From Promethearchaeota archaeon (GTDB taxonomy: Archaea; Asgardarchaeota; Lokiarchaeia; Sigyniarchaeales; SOKP01), in contig JALGVJ010000023.1 in assembly GCA_029838195.1 (NCBI GenBank), forward strand, positions 1-63,307: a stretch of DNA of 63,307 nt, written 5' to 3'. A program made the position numbers and the translations under genes. Positions 10,223 through 20,732 of this stretch are shown here, in pieces. Position 1 is the stretch's first letter, and each line of letters begins with the position of its first letter. The notes under the pieces are model-generated. The model saw only the letters and a list, made by a program, of their open reading frames with translations, was not told the origin of the DNA and made no database searches.

Positions 10223-10855
10223 ATGGATGAAGATATCGTACACGTGAAGTTGGAGGTCAAAATCCCTAATTCAAAATGGCTTGCAAAAACTATTAGAAGA
10301 TTTCCTGATTTAGAAATTTCCATTATATCGAAATTTTTGTTTAGTGAGGATCAAGGAAATACGTTATTTGAAATTAAAGGGAAAAATCTACAAGAATTTC
10401 TTAAATTCCTTAAGAAAGAGGTAAAAACATATAATTTTCAAATATTACATGAGTCAAATGAGATTTTAATAATTAATATGAGAACACGAGATCCATGGAT
10501 CTTGAACGCTCTTATTAAAAGTGAACTTCTATTACGATATCCTTTACATATAAAAGAAGATAAGATCCAAATTGAAGCATTGAATAAAAGAAAGAATATT
10601 GAATTTTTTCTTAAACATTTAGAAACATACCAAATTCAATATAAATTAATTAGCATCGGAAAATATCATGAATCTCCCATCTTAACCAATAAACAACATG
10701 AAGTTTTAAAGATTGCTTACAAAATGGGATTTTATTCCATCCCTCGTCGCATTTCCCTGACTAGATTGGCAATGAAACTGAAAATTTCTCCATCGGCTTT
10801 ATCTGAACTCTTAAGAAGATCTCACGCAAGATTAGTAAAAAATTATTTTAAATAG
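10223..10855 (+). CDS. Bacterio-opsin-activator-type (HTH_10) transcriptional regulator
   Basis: C-terminal LTNKQHEVLKIAYKMGFYSIPRRISLTRLA..L.IS.SALSELLRR is the HTH_10 signature. Start placed at ATG 10223; the track start is 10184. Confidence 0.88.
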   Translation: MDEDIVHVKLEVKIPNSKWLAKTIRRFPDLEISIISKFLFSEDQGNTLFEIKGKNLQEFLKFLKKEVKTYNFQILHESNEILIINMRTRDPWILNALIKSELLLRYPLHIKEDKIQIEALNKRKNIEFFLKHLETYQIQYKLISIGKYHESPILTNKQHEVLKIAYKMGFYSIPRRISLTRLAMKLKISPSALSELLRRSHARLVKNYFK

Positions 10856-10860
10856 AAATA

Positions 10861-10873
10861 TCGAACATGTTCA
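10861..10873. promoter_or_regulatory. Palindromic site TCGAACATGTTCA upstream of the cupin gene; candidate HTH_10 activator site
   Basis: Perfect palindrome GAACATGTTC at 10863-10872, about 25 bp upstream of a TATA-like tttataa (~10899) preceding the cupin gene. Confidence 0.4.
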
Positions 10874-10924
10874 GCTTAATTAATTAATATATTTCATCTT
10901 TATAATACTTAAAACACGGTTGAG

Positions 10925-11272
10925 ATGATTTCAATGGAAATAAAAATTGTAAAAAATATTCAAATATCAGATACCCCTCATGGGGTTGATGTCCGTAAAT
11001 TATATTCTTTTGAACACGCAACTATAGTACACATTGAATTAAAACCCGGAGAATCATTAAAGCGACACATTACCCCCGTGGATGTCATATTCTATATTCT
11101 TGAAGGAAACGGTCTCGTAGAAATTGATAATGAAACTCAACGCGTCTCTAAAGATTACCTAATCTTTAGCCCAGCAAGAAAAATACATCGATTAATTAAT
11201 GATACTAATGAAATTTTTAGGTTTTTAGTAATAAAAACACCAACTCCTATAGAGGAAACTAAGATTTTATGA
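10925..11272 (+). CDS. Cupin-domain protein
   Basis: LKPGESLKRH..P..VIFYILEG.G...I..E...SPA...H cupin_2 pattern. Confidence 0.88.
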   Translation: MISMEIKIVKNIQISDTPHGVDVRKLYSFEHATIVHIELKPGESLKRHITPVDVIFYILEGNGLVEIDNETQRVSKDYLIFSPARKIHRLINDTNEIFRFLVIKTPTPIEETKIL

Positions 11273-11462
11273 TATTCTCTTTCTTTTTCTTTTATTTGAA
11301 ATTCGTGCTTTTTGTTTTTGCTAATGTCATATATCCCGGAATTGTAATTAGCACGATATATTTAATTTAAAATTACTAAAATTGCGAAAATAAAATTCTT
11401 TTTATAGCTGTTTGAATTAATCAAATTATTTTCCTTTTCACTAAAATAGGAAATGTATAAAT

Positions 11463-12863
11463 ATGGATTCATCGGGAAATAATATTTTAGATGAAAAATT
11501 ATCCTCTAAAAGAATTCTCGGATATGTCATAGGGACAATCCCCTTAGTAATGATAATGGGATTTTTTAACTTAGCTTATGTCAACTTTTTCTATGATGAT
11601 CTTCAATTAAATGAAACTTTTTGGATCATTGGATTAATTATATATGCAATTGTGAATGCTATTAACGATCCTTTAATAGGACACATGAGTGATAATACAA
11701 ACGTTGCAAGATGGGGTAGCCGAAGAATTGTTTACATCAAATATTTTAGTCCCATATTATCAATAATTTTTATCCTTATTTGGTTTCCTTGGAGTATAGA
11801 AAATCAGCTCATTATTTTTTTACAATTTGTAATTTTAGTGTGCGCATATGATACGGTATTAAATATTGTAGTAATGACATGGATGGCATTATTACCCGAA
11901 ATGACAATGGATATTGATGAAAGAACTAAAATTGGATTTTTAAGCGGGATTGTCGGATTTTTTGCATCGATTCTTATCATGATCGTTCCCTATATTATGA
12001 ATAATCACGTTCTTCTTCAAATAGGAAGCATTATTGTCGCCATCATCAGTTTAATTTGCTATCGCTTAGTTGTAAAGTATTCTAAGGAAAGACCGGAATT
12101 TCAAGAAGATAAAAGTCCTCCTTTATGGGAGGCGATAAAACAAACGTTAAAATCCAGAAGCTTTATTTGTTTCATGGGATACAATTTCTTCAATATCCTT
12201 ATTCTTTCTATAGGCTTATCCTATTTGTTCATTTATTCCCTAATTTTAGGAGAAGAAGGGATTCTTTATTTCTTCTTAATTTTTATCTTCATAGGATATG
12301 GCTCAAATATACTATGCATGAATTTACGAGAAAAACATGGAATTAAAAAAATTATGGTGCTTTTTATAACTCTAAACATTATCGTGGGATTCATTTCATT
12401 TTTCATGATTTTAAATCCCGCAACAGAATGGTTTTTATGGATTGGAGTGGTATTAACCAGTTTTTTCGGAGGTGCTGGAGTATTTGGTTCAGTCCTTCAA
12501 ACATTTCCTATTGATGAAGATGAGTTAAAATACGGTGCACGTAGAGAAGGCATGTTCTATGGAGTGAATGCTCTTTTTACCATGCATGCTTATAGTTTAG
12601 GACCGATTATTGCAACATTAATTTTGAGTGCTTCTAATTACGTCAAAAATAGCCCGTTAGAAGTACAACCCGCATCGGCAATTATAGCAATAAAGTTCAT
12701 GTTTTTCCTCTTGCCTAGAATTTTTTCATTATTCGGTTTAATTTTCATTTTGCTTTATCCCGTTAAAAAATTCGAAGAAAAAGAATTTCAAACAAATTTA
12801 GCGAAACTTCATTTAGAGAAAAAACAGAAATTATTGAGGAGAGTTAATCATGAATCAAATTAA
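11463..12863 (+). CDS. MFS transporter, GPH/MelB (MFS_2) family
   Basis: NAINDPLIGHMSD, RWGSRR, IDEDELKYGARREGMFYG; about 12 TM segments. Confidence 0.9.
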   Translation: MDSSGNNILDEKLSSKRILGYVIGTIPLVMIMGFFNLAYVNFFYDDLQLNETFWIIGLIIYAIVNAINDPLIGHMSDNTNVARWGSRRIVYIKYFSPILSIIFILIWFPWSIENQLIIFLQFVILVCAYDTVLNIVVMTWMALLPEMTMDIDERTKIGFLSGIVGFFASILIMIVPYIMNNHVLLQIGSIIVAIISLICYRLVVKYSKERPEFQEDKSPPLWEAIKQTLKSRSFICFMGYNFFNILILSIGLSYLFIYSLILGEEGILYFFLIFIFIGYGSNILCMNLREKHGIKKIMVLFITLNIIVGFISFFMILNPATEWFLWIGVVLTSFFGGAGVFGSVLQTFPIDEDELKYGARREGMFYGVNALFTMHAYSLGPIIATLILSASNYVKNSPLEVQPASAIIAIKFMFFLLPRIFSLFGLIFILLYPVKKFEEKEFQTNLAKLHLEKKQKLLRRVNHESN

Positions 12864-12894
12864 TTCATCTACAAGCGTAAAACAAAAATTAAAT

Positions 12895-14070
12895 TTACCA
12901 CTGATTGGGTGTTGTTAATCCCGATCCCGTGGAAAATAAAACAATTTTATCCTTACTACCTAAAAATCCCGTTTCAATAAGTTTTTCTAAAGAGGCTACG
13001 GTGGCTGCAGCTTCAGGGCATGCCATGATCCCTTCTTTTTTTGCTAAATTAACCATGCTTGCCTTAATTTGAACATCACTAACGTCAATTGCGGTTCCTT
13101 TTGATTCTCGAATGGCCTTTAAAATGAGATAATCTCCAATGGCTGCGGGCACTCTTAAACCTGCTGCGATGGTATTTGCATTTTCCCAATATTCAGCATG
13201 TTCCTTACCTTCTCGAAATGCTTTAATTATGGGAGCACATCCACTTGATTGAACTGAAATCATTCTTGGAAACGGCCCTTCAATCATTCCTAATTGTTCT
13301 AATTCCTTAAAAGCCTTCCACATTCCAACGATGCCGGTTCCTCCTCCCGTGGGATAAATGATCACATCAGGCAAGCTCCAATCGAATTGTTCAGCCAATT
13401 CCAGTCCCATGGTTTTCTTTCCTTCCACCCGATATGGTTCTTTAAGGGTTGAGACGTCAAACCACCCGTGTTTCTCAGACTCTTCTTTAGCTAACTTGCC
13501 GGCATCGGTAATTAATCCGTCTACTAAGACTAAATCAGCGCCCATGGCACGTATTTCCTTGATAGTTAATTCAGGTGCATCTTTAGGAACAAATACATGA
13601 GCTTTCCGTCCAGCACGGGCAGCATACGCAGACAAGGCAGCACCAGCATTCCCCGCACTAGGAATGACAAATTCTTTTACTCCAAGTTCAATTGCTTTTG
13701 AAACTGCTGCACATAACCCCCTGCTCTTAAAAGTTCCCGTAGGATTTAATCCTTCATCCTTAAGAAAAAGGTTTTTTAATCCCAATTCTTCTCCAAGATT
13801 TTTCAAATGTAATATCGGTGTCCATCCTTCTCCTAAAGAGTAATAAAATGTAGGATCTTTCACGGGCATGATTTCCGTCATGCGCCAAATATTATATCTC
13901 CGCTTGTTCATGGTATTTTTAGAAAGTGTCTCTTTCGCTTTTTCTAAATTATAAACAGGAAATAAAACCTTGCCGCAATCACACATTCGCTTGATTTCTG
14001 TTGCAAGATATCCTTTACCACATTTCGTGCAGATTAATTTATCTAAACTTGATCCATTTTTTACCATCAT
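12895..14070 (-). CDS. thrC: Threonine synthase (PLP, fold type II)
   Basis: N-terminal Zn ribbon (CTKC..CDC), SLGEGWTP, NPTGTFKSRG (PLP Lys), SAGNAG, PYRVEGKKT, PTGGG, TGSGL. Confidence 0.9.
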   Translation of the reverse strand: MMVKNGSSLDKLICTKCGKGYLATEIKRMCDCGKVLFPVYNLEKAKETLSKNTMNKRRYNIWRMTEIMPVKDPTFYYSLGEGWTPILHLKNLGEELGLKNLFLKDEGLNPTGTFKSRGLCAAVSKAIELGVKEFVIPSAGNAGAALSAYAARAGRKAHVFVPKDAPELTIKEIRAMGADLVLVDGLITDAGKLAKEESEKHGWFDVSTLKEPYRVEGKKTMGLELAEQFDWSLPDVIIYPTGGGTGIVGMWKAFKELEQLGMIEGPFPRMISVQSSGCAPIIKAFREGKEHAEYWENANTIAAGLRVPAAIGDYLILKAIRESKGTAIDVSDVQIKASMVNLAKKEGIMACPEAAATVASLEKLIETGFLGSKDKIVLFSTGSGLTTPNQW

Positions 14071-14186
14071 TCTAAAAAAGGTAATCTTTACAATGATTAA
14101 GATTTTTCCATGTGAATTCTTTCTTTTAAATAATATCGTTGAAGAAGAAATTCACGACCTAACTAACCATTTAAATTAAAAAAAAG

Positions 14187-14744
14187 TTATTTTTTGGAAA
14201 ATCCATATTTTCCAACTGAACCCGATTTGATTTCAAAATAATTCATGTCCATATAAGTACAAATGTTAAGTTTATCCGGATCAATATTTTTGCCTTTGAG
14301 ATATTCTGGATTACCATGATTTGCCACCACTCCTCCGAAATAACAAGTATGAGAGCCCAGTTTTATTTTATTGACGACTTTACATTCCATGTTCCATGGA
14401 AATTCTTTTATCATTGGAACTTGCACTTTCGTAGCTTTTTCTTTTGTTAAACCCAATTGTTCCCACTTATTTATATCCCTCCCGGAAACATTTCCGCAAT
14501 AATCCAATTGCCGTAAATGCTCTTTAGAAGGATAATTTATGATAAATTCTCCGTGTTCCTCAATAAGCTTGTAGGAATACCTGTCGGAATGAATTCCAAT
14601 CGCTATGATGGGCGGTTTCATGCACACTTTTCCTACGTATGCTAAGGTAATTAAATTTGCTTCCTCTCCAGTTCCTACAGAAATCACGGCTGCCGGCATT
14701 GGGAAAAGAGTCTTGTTTTCATTAATAAGGACTTTTTTATCCAT
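14187..14744 (-). CDS. Flavin reductase (DIM6/NTAB) family protein
   Basis: FPMPAAVI, NLITLA, EFIINYP, CGNVSGRD.NKW, PMIKE, MECKV, GSHT. Confidence 0.9.
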   Translation of the reverse strand: MDKKVLINENKTLFPMPAAVISVGTGEEANLITLAYVGKVCMKPPIIAIGIHSDRYSYKLIEEHGEFIINYPSKEHLRQLDYCGNVSGRDINKWEQLGLTKEKATKVQVPMIKEFPWNMECKVVNKIKLGSHTCYFGGVVANHGNPEYLKGKNIDPDKLNICTYMDMNYFEIKSGSVGKYGFSKK

Positions 14745-14870
14745 TCATTCATACCCTCATGTTTGTTTTATTTTAAGTTCAAGTGATAATTTAAGATTTT
14801 AAAAGATAGATTCATGATATATTAATTAAAATTTAAAATTTTTCATACAATCTAATAAAAATTATGATAA

Positions 14871-15345
14871 ATGACCGTTTGAATACTTTTGTCATATCAA
14901 TATTAAAAAAAAAGCCTTTAAATCGCTTACCAGAAGAATTGAGTGATAGAAAAATTTTTTCAGATCCATTAATTGGGATTGCTAAGGGAAATGATCCACT
15001 TTTTTAAGAATATAAAATGATCATTAATTTCAGATGTGTTAGATAAAACGAAAATTTTTTGGGAAAAATAAGGCTATTCTGCTACGATTAGCACCACAAA
15101 TGAGAAATTTAATATTACCATGCAGAGAAGAAAGTATTAAGCGATATCCCGCAAGTGGACTTTCCAAAAAAGGTCATGATAAATGGAAATGTTTCAAATA
15201 TGGTCAAATAATTGAACGTAAAATGGAAAAATTACTTGGCTCCATGTTGAAACCTCATTGAAGACGAGTGAATGGCGTGTATATAAAGCAAAGATATCCC
15301 CCTCTGGGATGTGCTTTCATTTAATTTAACGTACCATATATAGGT
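14871..15345 (+). pseudogene. Degraded epoxyqueuosine-reductase-like (QueG-family) Fe-S protein
   Basis: Hand translation gives NRLPEELSDRKIFSDPLIGIAKGNDPLF*EYKMII and GHDKWKCFKY...PH*RRVNG...YPPLGCAFI*FNVP. These are the N- and C-terminal motifs of the family, with in-frame stops and most of the middle deleted. Confidence 0.6.
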
Positions 15346-15489
15346 AAAAATCTCGTCAGACAAAATAACCTTATTAATTAAAAAATAAATGGTAAAGGTT
15401 TATTATGGATTAAATCTAAATCTTAAATAATTAAAGATGATTTCTTTCATCAAATAAGGAATTACTCAATAAAAATAAAATAATTGCTA

Positions 15490-16887
15490 ATGAAAATGGC
15501 TGAAAAGAAAACTCAAGCTCATTCAAAATGGATAATGGCATCGTATGGTGCTGGTCCCGCTCTTAATCAATTCTTTCGCATGGCATTCGTAGCTTTTGGA
15601 TTTTATTTTTATGAAGGGGAAGTAGGTTTGGATGTGTGGTTAGCTGGGTTAGGATATATAATATTTGCTTTATGGAATGCAGTAAACGATCCGATTGTTG
15701 GGTATTTAACCGATAGACCTTTTAAATTCACAAAAAAATGGGGAAGGCGATTTCCTTGGACCATGTTAGGAGGAATTCCGTGGGTACTTAGTTATATTTT
15801 GATATTTACTCCACCAAAAGTAGATCCTGTTTCTGGAGCGTGGATTATATTTGCTTGGTTAGTCTTTTCTACATGTTTGTTCGATACTTTTAATTCTATA
15901 TGGTGGGTGAATTTTTATGCTCTTTTCCCTGATAAATTTCGTTCTATTGAGGAAAGAAGAATAGCATCGGGAATTATTACTTTCATAGGGATAATAGGAA
16001 TAACATTAGGGGGGTTAATCCCACCACTTTTTATCGTTTATGGAGATTTGCAATCGTTCATCAATCAAGCGGTTTTTGTATCGCTACTTGCTCTAGTAAT
16101 ATTATTTCTTGGTATTCCAGGATGGCGGGATGATCCTGAGAGTGTTAGAAAGTACATGGATAAAATCGAACAGGCTAATTCCTCAAGTTCATTTATAAGA
16201 ACATTTAAAGATTCCTTCCATCAAAGATCTTTTATTATGTTTCTACTCATATATACCTCATTTCAAGTGTTAATTTTCTGCATTCAATCCTCAGTACCCT
16301 ATGTGGTTAGATTCGTGCTTGGAAAAGAAGCCAGCGCTCAGCTTTTGTTACAAGTTGGATTTCTAATAGGCGCTTTAGTTTCCATCCCATTTTGGTTGCG
16401 TTTCATGCAAAAGGCAGATAACAATAAAAAAGTTTACACCATTGCTGGGTTATTATTATCTTTTTTTTCCATTCCCATAAGTTTCTTCGCCGATCTTTCC
16501 ATTCTGGTCATTCTTTTTATCATATGGGGGACTGCCTTAGGGGGATTCTGGATAATGGAGCGACCCATACTCTCAGATGTCATTGATAATTCGGTCGTTC
16601 GTACAGGAAAGCGAGAAGAAGGATTCTATGTTTCAATTGTAATGTTCTTCAATCGACTTGCGATTATTATTCAAGTGCTGATTTTTGCCGTCGTCCATAC
16701 ATTGACAGGTTTTGTTGAAGGAGCGGACACGCAATCTCCTGAAGCAATTTTTGGGATTCAGCTGCATTTTGGTTTTATCCCAATGTTCTTCATTCTAATT
16801 GCGACCATTCTATTCTGGAAATTCTATGATCTTACCCCCCAGAAAATCGAAGAACAACAAATTAAACTCTTACAACTCAAATTATAA
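15490..16887 (+). CDS. MFS transporter, GPH/MelB family
   Basis: WNAVNDPIVGYLTD, KWGRRFPW, DVID...TGKREEGFY; about 12 TM segments. ATG at 15490 or 15496 preferred over TTG at 15484. Confidence 0.92.
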   Translation: MKMAEKKTQAHSKWIMASYGAGPALNQFFRMAFVAFGFYFYEGEVGLDVWLAGLGYIIFALWNAVNDPIVGYLTDRPFKFTKKWGRRFPWTMLGGIPWVLSYILIFTPPKVDPVSGAWIIFAWLVFSTCLFDTFNSIWWVNFYALFPDKFRSIEERRIASGIITFIGIIGITLGGLIPPLFIVYGDLQSFINQAVFVSLLALVILFLGIPGWRDDPESVRKYMDKIEQANSSSSFIRTFKDSFHQRSFIMFLLIYTSFQVLIFCIQSSVPYVVRFVLGKEASAQLLLQVGFLIGALVSIPFWLRFMQKADNNKKVYTIAGLLLSFFSIPISFFADLSILVILFIIWGTALGGFWIMERPILSDVIDNSVVRTGKREEGFYVSIVMFFNRLAIIIQVLIFAVVHTLTGFVEGADTQSPEAIFGIQLHFGFIPMFFILIATILFWKFYDLTPQKIEEQQIKLLQLKL

Positions 16888-17219
16888 TGTTTTTTTATCT
16901 TTAGTTTAAAATTACTTCCTGAATTATCAGTAAGGTTTAATTACAAAAAAAAAAGATGTATTTGGAAGCGCACTCTACCCTGTTTTTGTTCTAGAAAGGT
17001 TATTTTATAACAAAATTCATTCTCTCCAACAGGAAATTCATGAACAAATACAATCTTTATATCGATTACCACCTTTCACTTTTAAATTAAGCGAGATTAA
17101 TGTTATTGAATAGTTTTTTTTACTTGGATTTACATGAAGATTTCATGATCAGTCAGTAATGAACTTCAATAGATTTTCTAAATTTTATTAAATTTTAACT
17201 GAAAAGAAGTAGATTCATC

Positions 17220-18719
17220 ATGATTTTCTTAAAGAAAAAAAAATTATTAAAAGATTGGAGGAAGGGAATCAATCCGAAACCAGATGTAAATTCAACCCGT
17301 ACACCGAGCGAGAACTTAAAAAACAAGCGGATCTTATTTTTAGAACCCCGTGGAGTAAAAGCTAACGTGTTTTCATTTGCGATGAGATATCCTTTACTCG
17401 GTCCTCTCCGAATGACCACCATTTTAAGACAACAAGGCTACAATGCCATTATGTACAATGAAAATCTTGCTAAAAAAGACATTTCACGTAAGATATTAAA
17501 GGCAGCGGATATCTTAATTCTTACTTTATTAACGCAAACTGCAAAAAGAGGGTATGAAATAGCCCGTAAGTATAAAGAGCTTCGGCCAGATGGTAAAGTG
17601 ATTTTTGGCGGTATTCATGTTTCGTTTAATGTTGAGGAGGCATTACCTTATTGTGATCAATTAGTTAAGGGAGAAGGAGGTTATATCATTTTAGATATAG
17701 TAGAAAATAAATTCAAGGAAAAAGTGATCGAGACTAATCGGATTAAAGATTTGGGAAATTTACCCATTCCTGATCTTAAAGCCGTGTACAATCACAAAAG
17801 AATAAAAATAGCCCCCATTTTAACTTCTCTTGGATGTCCTTGGAATTGTAGTTTTTGTTGCGTGACTTCTATGTTCGGTCATAAATATCGGCGTTTTCCA
17901 ATTGAACAGATTATTGAAACCATTAAAAAATATAAAGCTAAACGCGTGTTTTTTTTAGATGATAATTTTTGTGCGGATAAAAAGCGAATCTTGGAATTAT
18001 TTGAGCGAATTAAAGAAGAAAATCTCAAATTTAATTGGATCGCCCAAGTACGGGCAGATTTAGCACGAGATGAAGAATTCGTTAAAGAGATGGCGTTAGC
18101 GAATTGTGCCAGAGTATTCATCGGATTTGAATCCGTAAATCAAAAATCTTTGGATTCGGTGGTCAAAAATGCTACTATTGATACATACATTAATGCCGTG
18201 AAAGTATTTCATAAATATGGAATTCCCATTCATGCAATGTTTATTTTTGGTTTGGATTATGATGATAAAACGATATTTGATGAAACCGTGGAATTTTGTA
18301 AGAAAAATGGTATTGAATCGGCTCAATTTCTTGCAATTACACCTTTTCCAGGCACGCGTTTTTATGATGAGTTAGATAAATCAAGATTAATTACTTTTGA
18401 CACCGATCTCTATGATGGAAACCATATTATCATCGATCCAATGAAAATGACCCGCAGTGAACTTTATAAAGGAATTATCCGCGCATATGAACGCTTTTAT
18501 TCTTTTGGAGCACTTTTTAAAGGATTAATTCGTGATATCAAAAATTTTTCCAAAGAAAAAATAAGATCCAGGGCTTTTCGAATAAAAAAGGCGTATAATA
18601 ATTTTTGGCGATCTGTTGGATTTAAAATAATCATTCTAAAATTAAAATGGAGAAACCGAAAATACCTGAGCGAACTCGTGAACTATTCTGGACCGCACTA
18701 CTGCGAAAGCTATATCTAA
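17220..18719 (+). CDS. B12-binding-domain radical SAM protein
   Basis: N-terminal cobalamin-binding-like region (PLLGP, VIFGGIH, GEG); GCPWNCSFC (CxxxCxxC), FLDDNF, IGFES, TPFPGT. Confidence 0.92.
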   Translation: MIFLKKKKLLKDWRKGINPKPDVNSTRTPSENLKNKRILFLEPRGVKANVFSFAMRYPLLGPLRMTTILRQQGYNAIMYNENLAKKDISRKILKAADILILTLLTQTAKRGYEIARKYKELRPDGKVIFGGIHVSFNVEEALPYCDQLVKGEGGYIILDIVENKFKEKVIETNRIKDLGNLPIPDLKAVYNHKRIKIAPILTSLGCPWNCSFCCVTSMFGHKYRRFPIEQIIETIKKYKAKRVFFLDDNFCADKKRILELFERIKEENLKFNWIAQVRADLARDEEFVKEMALANCARVFIGFESVNQKSLDSVVKNATIDTYINAVKVFHKYGIPIHAMFIFGLDYDDKTIFDETVEFCKKNGIESAQFLAITPFPGTRFYDELDKSRLITFDTDLYDGNHIIIDPMKMTRSELYKGIIRAYERFYSFGALFKGLIRDIKNFSKEKIRSRAFRIKKAYNNFWRSVGFKIIILKLKWRNRKYLSELVNYSGPHYCESYI

Positions 18720-19071
18720 CTGGGATTTGATTCTACTCTTTTTTGACTCTTTTTGGCATTAAATTCAGTCAATATTTATTGAAAGGCTTTTTAATCCTTT
18801 TTTAATTTATCGGCAATCATTTCCGCTTGGTATCTTTTCATATAGCAACTTCCTAAAATATTTAAGAAGCAATTTTCGAGAGAAAAATTAGAAAAACTAA
18901 TTTCAAAAAATTTAAAAATAACACGTCTTCTCTCAAATAATTAAAATTATTATCTGAATTTCAAAATGTTTTTGATTGGTAAACCAAAAACTCCAGATCT
19001 AATTCAAATCCTTGCGTTTTATTCTATATCTGCTTGCATTTTTATTAATGAAAGATCATGCAAAGACTTAA

Positions 19072-19107
19072 ATACTATGGGGCATATAGTATATACAATA
19101 CACTATA
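19072..19107. promoter_or_regulatory. Overlapping palindromes over the padR promoter (candidate autorepression operator)
   Basis: ATACTAT-N7-ATAGTAT (19072-19092) and TATAGT-N11-ACTATA (19085-19107), overlapping and just downstream of TATA-like cttaaata (19067-19074). Confidence 0.5.
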
Positions 19108-19159
19108 CAAAATTTAATAATAAAATTAAAAAAAAAAATAAGGTTCGGCGATACAAAAC

Positions 19160-19699
19160 ATGATAAAACGCGTTAGAGAATTAGATTCCTCAGTATTAAT
19201 GGCTTCTGAGAAATTTCGAAATTTTGTCGAGAAATTTGAATCAGAGCTCATTCGTGGCCTGAGTTCTTTGTGCATCTTATCGATTATACGCCAAGCTGGG
19301 GAAAAGGGGATTCACGGATATCAAATTTTAAAAGAGCTTCAACAAAAGACTCATGAAATGTTAATTATTGAAGAAGGCACGTTATATCCTTTATTGAAAA
19401 AATTGAGAGATGAAGGACTCATTGCCTCTATAAAGGAAAAGGGAGGTAGAAGGAGAACTTTTTATTACATGACAGAACCGGGATTTCAGATATATAATTA
19501 TCTTGCTGGATACTACTCTAAATTAATTGAGGCAATTTCTTGGTTATTCGATATTCAGGTTAATCTTCAAAAAGAGAAATATTTTTTCTGCCCAATGTGC
19601 GCAAATAAAATAGATTTGGAAGAAGATGATATTCGGTATTGTAGTGTATGCGGATATAATATTGAAAAAGATATGAAAGGAGGAATTAAAAATGAGTGA
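19160..19699 (+). CDS. PadR-family regulator with C-terminal double Zn ribbon
   Basis: ELIRGLSSLCILSII, HGYQIL.EL, EGTLYPLLKKL, RRRTFYYMT..G; C-terminal CPMC...CSVC. Confidence 0.9.
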   Translation: MIKRVRELDSSVLMASEKFRNFVEKFESELIRGLSSLCILSIIRQAGEKGIHGYQILKELQQKTHEMLIIEEGTLYPLLKKLRDEGLIASIKEKGGRRRTFYYMTEPGFQIYNYLAGYYSKLIEAISWLFDIQVNLQKEKYFFCPMCANKIDLEEDDIRYCSVCGYNIEKDMKGGIKNE

Positions 19700-20732
19700 A
19701 AAACAAGTAGAATTGATAATAGAAGAATATCTTAAAATTGTTAAAAAAAAGTTGCCCGATTGGCTTAAAGATGATAAAAATGAAATAAGAGAGATCATGA
19801 GCCAATTAAGAGACCATTTATGGTCTAAGGCAGAAGAATTATCGGATACGGGAATTCCTACGGAAGAATCTGCTCGTTTAGCAATTGCTCACATGGGGAG
19901 TCCGGACTCCATTGTTAGGGAGTACAAAAAGAGAGGAACTCCCTACATGTATATCACGAAAGAGTTATGGCCTCTTTACAAGAAAGTATTGGCGATATTA
20001 TTTACCGTAGTGATCATCCTAAATGTTATTTCAATCGTTTTTGCGGTGATTGAAGGAAATTGGAGTGCGGCTTTTAACCTATTTGGAATATTTTCTAATT
20101 TTGCGGTAATTTTCACGATTGTTACGATTATCTTTGTAGTGCTTTCTAAAGAGGGATATTTACCCGAAGATCTTAAGTCTAAAAGTGAATTGAAACGGGA
20201 AGAAAAAGAATTAAAAAAAGCCAGAGAATTAGGAATGCCCATTTCACCAAAAACGGGGAAGCCGTTAAAGCCTTTTGTCAAACCTCTTGAAAAAATTGTC
20301 GGTGGAATTTTTGGAATTGCTTTTGGCTTTTTGTTATTAGCTTTTCCATTTCCTACATTGATTCCCTTATTTCATCCCATCTTCTTACTAATAATGCGGG
20401 TAGCGGGGCTCATAATAATAATAGAAGGCTGCTTGGGAATGGGACGTGGATTAATCGGAAATCGGGATCCAGAAATACACCAAGTTATCTTGATCGTTCT
20501 CATAATTTTAGATCTCATATCAATTCCGATTATTATTTACATTTTCAGGAACCCGGAGATTTTACCATTTATTATCTATGATGATGGGCAGTTTATCAAT
20601 TTAGGAGTGAGTTCAGAGCTATATTTCGCGGTAAACATTATTTTTGCTATTATTATCATTCTTACTCTAATTGGCATTGCTGAAAATATTTATAACGCCG
20701 GCAAATTGCAAAGGTATAAGGTTAAATATTAA
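19692..20732 (+). CDS. HAAS-domain membrane protein (PadR partner)
   Basis: IEEYL..VKKKLP...EIREIMSQLRDHL...AIAHMGSPDSIVREY is a HAAS-like N-terminus, followed by about 6 TM helices. Overlaps padR by 8 nt and has an AGGAGG RBS. Confidence 0.8.
   Translation: MSEKQVELIIEEYLKIVKKKLPDWLKDDKNEIREIMSQLRDHLWSKAEELSDTGIPTEESARLAIAHMGSPDSIVREYKKRGTPYMYITKELWPLYKKVLAILFTVVIILNVISIVFAVIEGNWSAAFNLFGIFSNFAVIFTIVTIIFVVLSKEGYLPEDLKSKSELKREEKELKKARELGMPISPKTGKPLKPFVKPLEKIVGGIFGIAFGFLLLAFPFPTLIPLFHPIFLLIMRVAGLIIIIEGCLGMGRGLIGNRDPEIHQVILIVLIILDLISIPIIIYIFRNPEILPFIIYDDGQFINLGVSSELYFAVNIIFAIIIILTLIGIAENIYNAGKLQRYKVKY

Noticed and set aside
18966-19163. 65-aa ORF upstream of padR
   Set aside because: Overlaps the apparent TATA and operator region and has non-protein-like composition.
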